From a virus (Duplodnaviria > Caudoviricetes): a DNA stretch of 32,903 bases. The position numbers and the translations under genes are program-made. Within the stretch, counting starts at the first letter, position 1; each line of letters begins with the position of its first letter. Below the pieces are notes generated by a model, which saw only the letters and a program-made list of their open reading frames with translations, was not told the DNA's origin and made no database searches. Of the stretch, positions 1-8,677 are shown piece by piece. Location: the IMG/VR virus record IMGVR_UViG_3300026105_000241, positions 1-32,903 of that record, one strand, 5' to 3'.

Positions 1-2
1 AA

Positions 3-1187
3 GAAAAAGTAATCACTGCTCGTGTTGGCTTGCTGCTTCGCCACCCGTGGTTTGGAAATATGGCCACACGTCTGCGTGTTCAGCCCTGCGACGGTTGGTG
101 TCCTACTGCTGCTACAGACGGTCGCAATCTGTTTTACAATTCGCAGTTTTTTGACAAACTCACTACTAAGCAGATTGAGTTTGTAATCGCACACGAGATT
201 CTACACTGTGTGTTTGATCATATTCTTCGTCGAGACGACAGAGATCCCGCACTCTACAATGTAGCCTGTGACTACAAGGTTAATAATTCTCTTGTACGCG
301 ATCGCATCGGCGACAAGCCAGACATTGACATCTATCAAGACTTCAAATATGACGGTTGGACTTCGGAAGAGATCTATGACGAACTCTACGAACAGGCTGA
401 CAAAATCGACCTTGACGAACTTGGGAAGATGCTGGACGAGCACGTTGACTGGGAGAAAGAACAGGAGAACGGTGGCAACGGCAATGACAAGAAGGACGGC
501 GACGGCAATGGTCGTCCTCGCTACTCACGCGAAGAACTAGAAAAGATTCGCGATGAGATTAAAGAAAATATGATTTCCGCTGCCCAGAGTGCTGGTGCTG
601 GCAATGTGCCTGGCGATGTAGAACGCATGGTTAAGGATCTCACTGAGCCTAAGATGGACTGGCGTGAGATTCTACAGCAGCAGATTCAGAGCACTATCAA
701 GAACGACTTTACTTTTGCTCGTCCTTCACGCAAGGGCTGGCACATGGGTGCTGTACTTCCTGGACAAAACTTCGACGAAACGATTGACATTTGCATTGCG
801 CTTGACATGAGTGGGTCTATCGGTGACGATCAGGCCCGTGTGTTTCTTAGCGAAGTCAAAGGCATTATGGATCAGTACGAAGACTATAACATCAAAATTT
901 GGTGTTTCGACACCGAAGTGTATAACGAAGATACATTTACAGCCGACGACGGACGAGACATGCTTGAGTATGAAATCAAAGGTGGCGGCGGTACTGACTT
1001 CATGGCAAACTGGACATACATGAAGGATCAGGACTTTGTGCCGAAAAAATTCATCATGTTCACAGACGGTATGCCGTGGGGCGATTGGGGTGATCCAGAC
1101 TACTGCGATACTGTGTTTGTGATTCATTCTGTGTATGGTCGCGCTCCAGAGTCTCCGTTTGGTGTAACCGCATACTATGACGACTAG
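3..1187 (+). CDS. DUF2201-like protein: N-terminal HExxH metallopeptidase-like domain plus C-terminal vWA domain (5'-truncated)
   Basis: HExxH motif (AHEILH) after 'PTAATDG'; vWA MIDAS motif DMSGS, then GGGGTDF and FTDG. The frame is open from position 3 (EKVITARVGLLL...), so the true start lies upstream of the window. Confidence 0.85.
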   Translation, partial: EKVITARVGLLLRHPWFGNMATRLRVQPCDGWCPTAATDGRNLFYNSQFFDKLTTKQIEFVIAHEILHCVFDHILRRDDRDPALYNVACDYKVNNSLVRDRIGDKPDIDIYQDFKYDGWTSEEIYDELYEQADKIDLDELGKMLDEHVDWEKEQENGGNGNDKKDGDGNGRPRYSREELEKIRDEIKENMISAAQSAGAGNVPGDVERMVKDLTEPKMDWREILQQQIQSTIKNDFTFARPSRKGWHMGAVLPGQNFDETIDICIALDMSGSIGDDQARVFLSEVKGIMDQYEDYNIKIWCFDTEVYNEDTFTADDGRDMLEYEIKGGGGTDFMANWTYMKDQDFVPKKFIMFTDGMPWGDWGDPDYCDTVFVIHSVYGRAPESPFGVTAYYDD

Positions 1188-1467
1188 GTATAAACCACGC
1201 AAAATTAATCCCTTAAACTTCTATGGTATTCGGCAATGTACAGTGCCAGCGCCGCACTTCGAATACGTTACGATAGAAATGCGAAGATACAATCTAGAAC
1301 AGACTATTGTGAAGTGGATCGAACAAAATCTCAAAGGTAGATTCTATGTAGGTGCTATCCATGAACTAAACCAGCATAATAAGCCACAAAAAGTAATCAA
1401 AATTGGATTTGAAGATCCAAAAGAACTGTCCATATTCACTTTGGGATGTCCTTATCTAAAGTATTAG
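1177..1467 (+). CDS. hypothetical phage protein (96 aa)
   Basis: ATG overlaps the end of the upstream gene; protein-like composition; no motif recognised. Confidence 0.7.
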   Translation: MTTRYKPRKINPLNFYGIRQCTVPAPHFEYVTIEMRRYNLEQTIVKWIEQNLKGRFYVGAIHELNQHNKPQKVIKIGFEDPKELSIFTLGCPYLKY

Positions 1468-1473
1468 TAAATA
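1468..1473 (+). promoter_or_regulatory. TAAATA late-promoter-like motif
   Basis: Directly after the stop at 1467 and upstream of the AGGAGG RBS and ATG at 1500; matches the core of the T4 gp55 late promoter TATAAATA. Confidence 0.5.
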
Positions 1474-1499
1474 AAACACGCACATTATAGGAGGAAAAA

Positions 1500-1739
1500 A
1501 TGGCGAAAGAACAAGAAACTGCTCAGGCCGAAGAAACTGCTAATGCAGAAGCGCCACAGGAGTCCGGTGCTGAACTTACAGTACATGATCTTAGTGCTAT
1601 CAAGCAGATTATTGATGTCGCAAGTCAGCGAGGCGCGTTTAAGCCTAACGAAATGATGACTGTGGGACAGACATACACAAAACTAGAAACATTCCTAGCC
1701 GCTGTATCGCAGCAGCAGGGAGCACAAGGAGAATCCTAA
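1500..1739 (+). CDS. hypothetical phage protein (79 aa, acidic N-terminus)
   Basis: Strong AGGAGG RBS; TAATG stop/start coupling with the next gene. Confidence 0.8.
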   Translation: MAKEQETAQAEETANAEAPQESGAELTVHDLSAIKQIIDVASQRGAFKPNEMMTVGQTYTKLETFLAAVSQQQGAQGES

Positions 1740-2350
1740 TGGCTCTTAAGCATGTAGGTAGAATCAAAAACAATCAGAGAAAGGTTGTAGTTGCTTATCG
1801 CACAGTACCGGGTGATGCTGAAAGCTGTATCGTAGTTACTACTGAAAATCTAATGGCAGACGAACACGATGCGCTAATGAAGTGTGTAGAAAGTCACACA
1901 GGACAGAACGCTGTAGAATTTGCCGAAGCAATGGCTCGCACACAGTTGCCCGATGGTAGAAACATGCTTGCTGGTTTTCATACCACTGGTAGAATGATCA
2001 AGGTTGCTACTAACGAGGTAGAAATGGTGCCGGATCGCAACACTGCTATTCCGCTTAACGAACTCAATCAACATATTGCAGAGCAGAAAGGTGTATCTGT
2101 AGAAGATCTTGCTATAAGTGGTGGTGATCAATCTGTCGACAATCAACGGGAAACGACAGTAGAAACTATTGACTATGATGCTCCCCAAGCAGAGCCTGTA
2201 AGCACACAAGGTGCTTTGTCAGATGAAGAAATTGCTGCAAAGTATCGCAGTGACGCAGATCGTCTTTACAAAGAAGCGAAGGCACTGAGAGAGCAGGCAG
2301 AAGAACTTTCTCCTACAAAGAAAAAGACCAAAGCAGCAAGTGGCCAGTAA
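1739..2350 (+). CDS. hypothetical phage protein (203 aa, C-terminal coiled coil and basic tail)
   Basis: Translationally coupled start with GGAG upstream; C-terminus YRSDADRLYKEAKALREQAEEL looks helical. Confidence 0.8.
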   Translation: MALKHVGRIKNNQRKVVVAYRTVPGDAESCIVVTTENLMADEHDALMKCVESHTGQNAVEFAEAMARTQLPDGRNMLAGFHTTGRMIKVATNEVEMVPDRNTAIPLNELNQHIAEQKGVSVEDLAISGGDQSVDNQRETTVETIDYDAPQAEPVSTQGALSDEEIAAKYRSDADRLYKEAKALREQAEELSPTKKKTKAASGQ

Positions 2351-2642
2351 AAAACTTCCGCCAGAGGTCATCGACTATTGGCCAGAGGTTTTTGAAGATG
2401 TAGAAGTCGAGGTTGTCCCAGTAGATTATCTTCATTCTGTTCGGATATCTTTCGAAGATGGAATAACCTGGGACATTGACCTTACGAAAGAGGAAGGTTT
2501 ATATGATCTTGAGGCTTCTATAGCTGACCTGTTTGAAACCTACGAGGATTCTATAGTTAACATTGACTTTCGTTTGAATACAGAAAAAGTTAAAGAGGAT
2601 ATATCAAAACGAACTCATCTGTTTATGAAGAAGCGTCGTTGA
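2340..2642 (+). CDS. hypothetical phage protein (100 aa, acidic)
   Basis: GTG start overlapping the upstream stop; fills the gap before the 2660 promoter motif. Confidence 0.7.
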   Translation: MASKKLPPEVIDYWPEVFEDVEVEVVPVDYLHSVRISFEDGITWDIDLTKEEGLYDLEASIADLFETYEDSIVNIDFRLNTEKVKEDISKRTHLFMKKRR

Positions 2643-2659
2643 AACTCTTTGTAAATTGA

Positions 2660-2665
2660 TAAATA
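2660..2665 (+). promoter_or_regulatory. TAAATA late-promoter-like motif
   Basis: GATAAATAC in the short intergenic region upstream of the AGGAG RBS and the tail-fibre-like gene. Confidence 0.6.
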
Positions 2666-2691
2666 CTTCAAATAAGATCAGGAGTTGACGA

Positions 2692-3882
2692 ATGGCCCTC
2701 AAATTACGCCGCGGCACAGACAGCGATAGAGCTGGCATAGTTTTTGCAGAAGGAGAACCAGTATACGTTACGGATACTGGAGAACTATACGTAGGTGATG
2801 GTTCTACAGCAGGCGGTTTAAAAATATCAAACCAGTTAGAGCTAGATACTACTCCAAGTTTAGGCGGTCCTTTAGATCTAAACGGTAATAACATTGTCGG
2901 CACTGGCAATATCGATATAGACGGAAAAATCACAGCTACCGGTGAAATTACGCTCGGTGATGGTATTGAAGACAACATAACAGTAGGCGGCGTTTTGGCA
3001 TCTGGTCTAGTGCCTGATTCTGATGGTATATACGATCTTGGCACAAGTGAATTAGCTTGGAGAAACGGGTTTTTTAAAGGTCTCGGAGTAGACGGAGAAA
3101 TCACCGCAAATAGCTTACAGGTCAAATCTATTGAATTAGATGATAGTACAACTGTGTTTGACGGCGAAACAAAATCTCTTTTTGTAGAATCTATTGTAAC
3201 AGATAGTGTTGAAGGAAATTTGATAGGTTCAGTTTTTAGTGAATCTAGCATTTTACTTATTGATGCTGTAAACAATACTTTCACAGGAGACATTATTGAT
3301 ATTAATTCAAATATAATTTTAGACACAAATCAAAAAAAGATTACTATAAATGAAATTGAACTAGAGAGTTTATCGTTAGTCCGAGGAAATCCAACATTCC
3401 TGTCAGATACGACAGCATTTTTGTCTAATAATCCTCTATCAGACCAGCCTATTTTATCATCAGTTTCTTTTACAGATAGTAATTTAGGTGGATCTATTGC
3501 CTTAGTTAGAAGTAGAGGGAACGAAGAGTCTCCAGAAATAATACAAAATAATGACCAGGTTGGCACTCTAGAATACAGTATGTTTAATGGCACAGGATTT
3601 GAATCAGTAGTAGATATGCAAGCAACTATTGACGGAGCAGTTGCCTTTGGTAGTATTCCTCCAGCAAAATTAGATATAAATATTTCCAACGGAACTAATT
3701 TAGAAAATGCAGTAACTATTAAATCAGAAAAGGTAAATTTCTATGCTGTTCCTGCAATGCCTAATTTTACAACTTCGGAAAGAAACAACCTTAATCCAGA
3801 GCCCGGAATGATTATATTTAATACTACTGAACTTAAATTTCAAGGGTATCAGGAAACTAGTTGGGTCGATCTTAATATATAA
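2692..3882 (+). CDS. tail fibre/adhesin-like virion protein with Mtd_N-like (major tropism determinant) N-terminus
   Basis: N-terminus LKLRRGT...AEGEPVYVTDTGELYVGDG..AGG is typical of Mtd_N-like head-binding modules; G/D/T/S/N-rich body; C-terminal TTSERNNLNPEPGMIIFNTT..KFQGY fibre-type motif; AGGAG RBS and late-type promoter upstream. Confidence 0.7.
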   Translation: MALKLRRGTDSDRAGIVFAEGEPVYVTDTGELYVGDGSTAGGLKISNQLELDTTPSLGGPLDLNGNNIVGTGNIDIDGKITATGEITLGDGIEDNITVGGVLASGLVPDSDGIYDLGTSELAWRNGFFKGLGVDGEITANSLQVKSIELDDSTTVFDGETKSLFVESIVTDSVEGNLIGSVFSESSILLIDAVNNTFTGDIIDINSNIILDTNQKKITINEIELESLSLVRGNPTFLSDTTAFLSNNPLSDQPILSSVSFTDSNLGGSIALVRSRGNEESPEIIQNNDQVGTLEYSMFNGTGFESVVDMQATIDGAVAFGSIPPAKLDINISNGTNLENAVTIKSEKVNFYAVPAMPNFTTSERNNLNPEPGMIIFNTTELKFQGYQETSWVDLNI

Positions 3883-3916
3883 AAATATACAAGAAAACGA
3901 ATGCTATGCTTTCAAA

Positions 3917-4483
3917 CTATGCTTCAGCAAGTACTAAATGTATCCTAGGTTCCCAGCCTCCATTGAAAGCTGTATGATTATTTAAAGTATTAACTTTGTA
4001 AAAAAAACCGTCTGCTGGCAAATGATGTGCTCTTGCTTGTGATTTCTCATCTGGTACACAATCTAAAAGATACGCAAAAGGATTAGTCTTTAGAACAAAA
4101 TGATATCTCGGTTCAAAATCAGGATGAACACTTAATCCAGTTTTGGGCATTAACATCATATATCTTATTCTCCCAAACTTCTTTCCAATTTGTTCACTTA
4201 AACTAGTAATAATTTGTTTTGTATAATCACCTACCGTATTCCACTGAGAAAAATCACTTTCTTTTCCTATAAAATGTTTCTGCTCTTTGTCGTACAGGCT
4301 TCCGCTAGCATCATTCCACGTATATTCAGCACCGGGTCTGTAAGTTAAACCTATTTGATTGGCATGATAAACACGCCCATTTGATTCGAAATATTCTGGC
4401 CATCCTATAGTGTTTTCTATATCCTCAAGATCCTGTAACATTTTCTCTAAGTCTACTTTAAGGTTAATTTTTTCTATAAACAT
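3917..4483 (-). CDS. aspartyl/asparaginyl beta-hydroxylase-like Fe(II)/2OG oxygenase
   Basis: RIRYMMLMPKTGLSVHPD..RYH...HTAFNGG..RIHLV gives an HxD...H triad and a terminal R.HLV strand. Confidence 0.7.
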   Translation of the reverse strand: MFIEKINLKVDLEKMLQDLEDIENTIGWPEYFESNGRVYHANQIGLTYRPGAEYTWNDASGSLYDKEQKHFIGKESDFSQWNTVGDYTKQIITSLSEQIGKKFGRIRYMMLMPKTGLSVHPDFEPRYHFVLKTNPFAYLLDCVPDEKSQARAHHLPADGFFYKVNTLNNHTAFNGGWEPRIHLVLAEA

Positions 4484-4489
4484 ATGAAA

Positions 4490-5119
4490 TTATACCATTC
4501 TATACATTAATCCGGCATTAAGACCTAAAACAATTCTAGGGTCGTCACTTGGATTTTGTTCTGTTTTATGATACAGCCACCCAGGAAATAAAACTAGCTT
4601 CCCAGGTCTAGGCTCGACTTTATGATCAAAAAAGAAACGTCCTTGCTTACTTTCGTGAGACTCGTAATAAGGCAACCTTCCCCTAATCATTTCGTTAGGA
4701 TCAATTAATACTAGAGACCCTTGACTAGGACTAGCATCAACATAAAAAGATCCTGCTATTTCAAAAGGGCTATGATTATGCTGAATAATATTTCCACCTT
4801 TTGGCGTCAAATTGCTCCACATATGAACAATTTCTGGAGTTACATGCCTACTATATTTTAAAGCCTTCCAATATTTTTCTACATGTTCTTGTATCCATTC
4901 CATTAGCTCGGGATAATCTAGAACTTTATGTAGATCTCTATACATATTTTCTTCGGTGCCTTCAAGACTATAACTATGATTAAATAACCTGTGTTTAGAA
5001 TATAATTCTAAATTTTGATTGAATAAGTAATTAATGTCCTTTAACAAATTTTCTTTTATTTTGTCGTAATTAGGAAAATCGACTTCGTAAATTTGGACAG
5101 GAAAAATATCTTTTAGCAT
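4490..5119 (-). CDS. putative Fe(II)/2OG oxygenase (TIGR02466/PF13759-like)
   Basis: IFPVQIY start; MWSN..PKGG...HNH; GSFY; PRPGKLVLFPGWLYH.T..N....RI pattern. Confidence 0.8.
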   Translation of the reverse strand: MLKDIFPVQIYEVDFPNYDKIKENLLKDINYLFNQNLELYSKHRLFNHSYSLEGTEENMYRDLHKVLDYPELMEWIQEHVEKYWKALKYSRHVTPEIVHMWSNLTPKGGNIIQHNHSPFEIAGSFYVDASPSQGSLVLIDPNEMIRGRLPYYESHESKQGRFFFDHKVEPRPGKLVLFPGWLYHKTEQNPSDDPRIVLGLNAGLMYRMV

Positions 5120-5126
5120 AGTGTAC

Positions 5127-5132
5127 TATTTA
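5127..5132 (-). promoter_or_regulatory. TAAATA late-promoter-like motif, 7 nt before ATG
   Basis: Minus strand reads AATAAATAGTACACT-ATG(5119); no Shine-Dalgarno in between. Confidence 0.55.
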
Positions 5133-5173
5133 TTACTTGTTGGTATTCCTAAGAACAGATTGAATTTTGGGAC

Positions 5174-5734
5174 CTAAGTCCATCTAGGATATTTTGAAAG
5201 ATTTTCAAAAAATGCATTTGAGTTTATTTCCCATACAGTTTGGTCTGTGTATCTATAATGTATATCTTTTATTTTAGAAGCTATACCTAATTTTTCTAGT
5301 GTAGGGAAATAAATTGAATGAACAAGCCGTTGACTAGCAGTGTCACTAGTATTTGAAGTTGCAAAAATTTTACCACGGCCGTTTACCCAGTTGATACATT
5401 TAGGTAGTAGGAATTGATCGGTTAAATTTTGGTGTTCTGCAATTAATCTTTTAAAAGTTATTAATCCGTGATTAGGTCTAGCTTCGCCAAACGTGCAAAC
5501 TCTTGTTAGAATTCTATAAGTACTAGGACCCATAACATCGTCAAAACTGTGTGCAGCTACACTGCCTACTGCTTTTTCATGTTTATATAATATCCACACT
5601 TGCTTTTCTTTTTCGTTTCTGAAGCAGTCAACCATTGCTTTTTTGCTAGCATTATTTGCAAATCCTCTACGTTCTGCTTGTAGATAGAACTCTTTCAAAT
5701 CCAAATCTTCTGAATATTCTTTTAATTGGTACAT
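5174..5734 (-). CDS. possible GNAT-fold acyltransferase
   Basis: VWILYKHEKAVGSVAAH...YRILTRVC beta-strand pattern resembles the GNAT core; weak similarity only. Confidence 0.45.
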   Translation of the reverse strand: MYQLKEYSEDLDLKEFYLQAERRGFANNASKKAMVDCFRNEKEKQVWILYKHEKAVGSVAAHSFDDVMGPSTYRILTRVCTFGEARPNHGLITFKRLIAEHQNLTDQFLLPKCINWVNGRGKIFATSNTSDTASQRLVHSIYFPTLEKLGIASKIKDIHYRYTDQTVWEINSNAFFENLSKYPRWT

Positions 5735-5795
5735 TATTCTTTAACTTCTTACAATCCTAAATGAATTTTGCAAATCTACATACACCGTTGTTCTT

Positions 5796-6449
5796 TTAAT
5801 AAAACTTATAATCTCCCAAATCCCATCTTCTTTCTTCGCACCACCAACATTTTCCACAATGGTCAAAGTATTCTATTTTACCTAAGCCGTGTTAGCACGA
5901 ATGTGTATATGGAAATAAACTTTCTAACAAGTCTAATTTTTTATAAATTTCATATATTTTTCTTTTGTTGATATTTGTAAAAGGCTTGTAAAATATTTTT
6001 CTGTAAATTTCATCTCTAGTTTCTTCAGGATTTCGATATGTAGTTTCATTTACAGAATCTTGAAAATTGTTGGTAACTTCTAACGGCGGATTTGCAGTCA
6101 TGGCACTATATAACACTTTTATACCCCTACTAAAAAATAAATCTTTTTGTGGTCTGTTGTAAATAACATCTGTATCCGCATACGATACTATATGTTCTAT
6201 ATTTGTATTATTTGTAAGCTGAATACATTTTTCTATTATCTTGCTGCTTGTAATAGCTGTAGTACGACCTTTTTTATTAATTCCTAGTGTATAAATTTTT
6301 ATAGGATAATTTGTATATGCCATTAAAATATATAAGAGTAAGCTGCTATCAGCACCACCTGATAATAAAATTCCCGCTGGACCATTCCAGGTTTTAATAC
6401 TAATATTTTCTAAATCGATTTTTCCTTTAGGGCCTTTAAAGAATATCAT
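5796..6449 (-). pseudogene. QueC-like PP-loop ATPase interrupted by an in-frame TAA (5892-5894)
   Basis: LSGGADS PP-loop. The annotated ORF stops at ...YTHSC*, but the same frame continues HGLGKIEYFDHCGKCWWCEERRW, matching TRSCE...CGKCWWCYEREW in the paralog at 19871-20698. Confidence 0.75.
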
Positions 6450-7527
6450 TTCTTTTCCAATTGTCCTTCCAATGAGAATAATTATCTATCGACATAGATC
6501 GATATTGATATTTTTCCGGAGCGGCATCTAGCATCGGCAGCTTCATATTTTTAAAAGCATCTCGTGTAATTACTTGATGCACAAAATTGGTAATCGGTCC
6601 TTCGTAGAATTGACACCAAGGTCCGGTTACAAGTTCTTCCATGTCAATATTTGTAACATCGGGCCATTGTATCAATCTTAATATTATTCCATTCCAGTTT
6701 AACATGACATGATAAGGATTATCGTCAGAAGGATGAGGAACAACTTCGTTGTTAGTTAATTTAGTTACTTCTTTTACAAGATTGCTTAGATAACTTCTTT
6801 GCTTGTCATTACTACGTCCGATAAAACTACCGCATCGTATTCTATAATGATTAATGCTAGTATGATCGATTTCTTTTATTTCATTTAGTATAAATGGTAA
6901 GTGTTCAAATGTTTCTATTGTGTATCCTACATATCCAATTTCAAAATCACTTGCTTTTAGTATGTCTAACGCCCTCAGTTGTTTATTATGTACAGCATCT
7001 CCTTGGTAACTAGGGTGATTTAACCCTAAGCACATTTCTGTGACACCGGCATCGTAAACATCTTGAGTCCATTTTTCGCTAGCAAATTTCAAACCGTTTG
7101 ACAGGACCTCTAAATTCTTAAAATCTAGTTTCCCCATTTCTCTACATAGTTCTACAAAGTCAGGTCTTAGTGTTGCTTCGGCACCAGCAAGCATAGGACT
7201 ACAATCTTTCGGAAAGTTATTTAATTGTTCGATAACACTGTCTATACTACGATCCTGTATTTTATTATTGGGCAAATGATAGCAATGCGGACAGTTTAAT
7301 TGACAACGATCGCTTGCTTCAAATAAAATCTGATTAAAGCTTTTTACATAATGCGTATGTTTTAGATTATAATAAAACTCTTTGTCAATTTCAACAATGC
7401 CTATTTGTTCCCCGTGATTAGGACAGTGTTTTTTTATTTTTATGATATTATCTTCTTCATAAACAAATGCAGGAACGTGCATAAAGCACTTGTTGCACAA
7501 ACTAACAGTATCGTGTATTTTAAGCAT
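6436..7527 (-). CDS. radical SAM protein with an N-terminal CxxC-x20-CxxH metal-binding domain (MJ0619/Tes-like N-terminal architecture)
   Basis: CQLNCPHC (CxxxCxxC), GAEAT in place of GGEP, SNG; N-terminal TVSLCNKC...KHCPNHG. Confidence 0.85.
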   Translation of the reverse strand: MLKIHDTVSLCNKCFMHVPAFVYEEDNIIKIKKHCPNHGEQIGIVEIDKEFYYNLKHTHYVKSFNQILFEASDRCQLNCPHCYHLPNNKIQDRSIDSVIEQLNNFPKDCSPMLAGAEATLRPDFVELCREMGKLDFKNLEVLSNGLKFASEKWTQDVYDAGVTEMCLGLNHPSYQGDAVHNKQLRALDILKASDFEIGYVGYTIETFEHLPFILNEIKEIDHTSINHYRIRCGSFIGRSNDKQRSYLSNLVKEVTKLTNNEVVPHPSDDNPYHVMLNWNGIILRLIQWPDVTNIDMEELVTGPWCQFYEGPITNFVHQVITRDAFKNMKLPMLDAAPEKYQYRSMSIDNYSHWKDNWKRNDIL

Positions 7528-7542
7528 ATAAACCCTTTGAGT

Positions 7543-7613
7543 TATTTATATTAGTATTTAATTAATCAGAATAGTTCAGAACATTGATATTCTACACTAC
7601 TAAAAAATAAATA
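7543..7613. promoter_or_regulatory. divergent late-promoter region: TATAAATA (7543-7550, minus), TAAATA (7555-7560, minus), TAAATA (7608-7613, plus)
   Basis: An exact T4 late consensus TATAAATA faces the gene starting at 7527; a plus-strand TAAATA sits 6 nt before the ATG at 7620. Confidence 0.65.
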
Positions 7614-7619
7614 CTGTAA

Positions 7620-8177
7620 ATGAATGTTGCAATTACTGGACATACCAAAGGTATAGGCAAGGCAATACATGATCTTTTAGAATATGAAGGTCATACTGTA
7701 AATGGATTAAGCAGATCAAACTATTATGACATTAGTGCTAATGACATAATAAACGAAATAAAATACTGCGATGTGTTTATAAACAATGCATATGCACCTA
7801 AATATCAAACTTTAATTTTAGATACAATTTTAAAAGAATGGAAAGACAAAGATAAAACTGTTATTAACATAGGAAGTAAGTTATCATTTGTTAACGATGC
7901 AAAAAATAAAAAACTTAATCAATATATTAAAGACAAACAAGAACAAAATAACATTTGTGCAACACATTCACTAACTGCATACCCTAGAGTATGTAATATA
8001 ATTTTAGGATTAGTAGACACAGAAATGTCAAGAGTATTTAAATCCGATAAAAAAATGAGCACAAAAGATATTGCAAAATTCGTGTCAAATTTATTAAAAG
8101 AACAATCGATATGGATACAACAAGTTGTATTAGAAGCCCCAGGACTAGACTGGAAAACAGTTGGAATAGGAGATTAA
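7620..8177 (+). CDS. short-chain dehydrogenase/reductase (SDR)
   Basis: VAITGHTKGIG Rossmann motif, FINNA, INIGS, YxxxK (YIKDK), LVDTEM. Confidence 0.85.
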   Translation: MNVAITGHTKGIGKAIHDLLEYEGHTVNGLSRSNYYDISANDIINEIKYCDVFINNAYAPKYQTLILDTILKEWKDKDKTVINIGSKLSFVNDAKNKKLNQYIKDKQEQNNICATHSLTAYPRVCNIILGLVDTEMSRVFKSDKKMSTKDIAKFVSNLLKEQSIWIQQVVLEAPGLDWKTVGIGD

Positions 8178-8178
8178 A

Positions 8179-8676
8179 ATGTGGGATACGTTAGAAGAAT
8201 TTGTAGAATGGTATAAAGATAAAGGTTTTCCTTTAAGACCTCCTTTTGAAGATGCTGTTTATATAACCGAGATAAGTTATAGTTATGTATTATATAGAGA
8301 AGGATGTTATCAAGCAGAATTGTATCTAGTTAGTCCTAATTCAAGTTCTCCGGAACATAGTCATCCCGGAGTAGAAAATATTATTATGATGTTAGGCGGT
8401 GATGTAAGTTTAAGCGAAAATGGCAAGTTTATTGATCTAAGTGAGTATTACAAAAAGCCTGCTGCAGACGGAACTAATAAACTTTTCGGCATGTGTAGTT
8501 CTAAGTTAGACGACTCGGGAACACATGCACTTTTTGCAAAGGATAAAGGCGGTGCCTTTATAAGTTTTGAAAAATGGCCTGAAGGTATAAAACCAAATAG
8601 TGTAACAATTAATTGGCGAGGAGACCCGGTAGGATCGGAACATGCAAAACTAATAGATAATTTAGAGGAAGAATAA
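8179..8676 (+). CDS. cupin-like metal-binding protein (paralog 1)
   Basis: PEHSHPGVE...H cupin-type His/Glu motif; paralogous to the next gene. Confidence 0.6.
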   Translation: MWDTLEEFVEWYKDKGFPLRPPFEDAVYITEISYSYVLYREGCYQAELYLVSPNSSSPEHSHPGVENIIMMLGGDVSLSENGKFIDLSEYYKKPAADGTNKLFGMCSSKLDDSGTHALFAKDKGGAFISFEKWPEGIKPNSVTINWRGDPVGSEHAKLIDNLEEE

Positions 8677-8677
8677 T

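Noticed and set aside
201-1202. Several alternative-frame or antisense ORFs inside the vWA gene
   Set aside because: Nested within or almost entirely overlapping a motif-supported CDS in the GC-richer region, where stop-free shadow frames are expected.
2604-3326. 240-aa minus-strand ORF (and 3330-3689)
   Set aside because: Antisense shadow of the tail-fibre-like gene; its S/P/I/V-rich sequence is explained by the sense-strand codons, and it has no motif.
5140-5176. Possible hairpin terminator (GGTATTCCTAAGA...TTTTGGGACC)
   Set aside because: The stem is imperfect, the loop long and there is no U-tract, so it cannot be supported.
5892-5894. Alternative genetic code or selenocysteine/pyrrolysine recoding
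   Set aside because: TAA, TAG and TGA all end well-supported genes at coupled junctions, coding density is high under the standard code, and only one in-frame stop was found.
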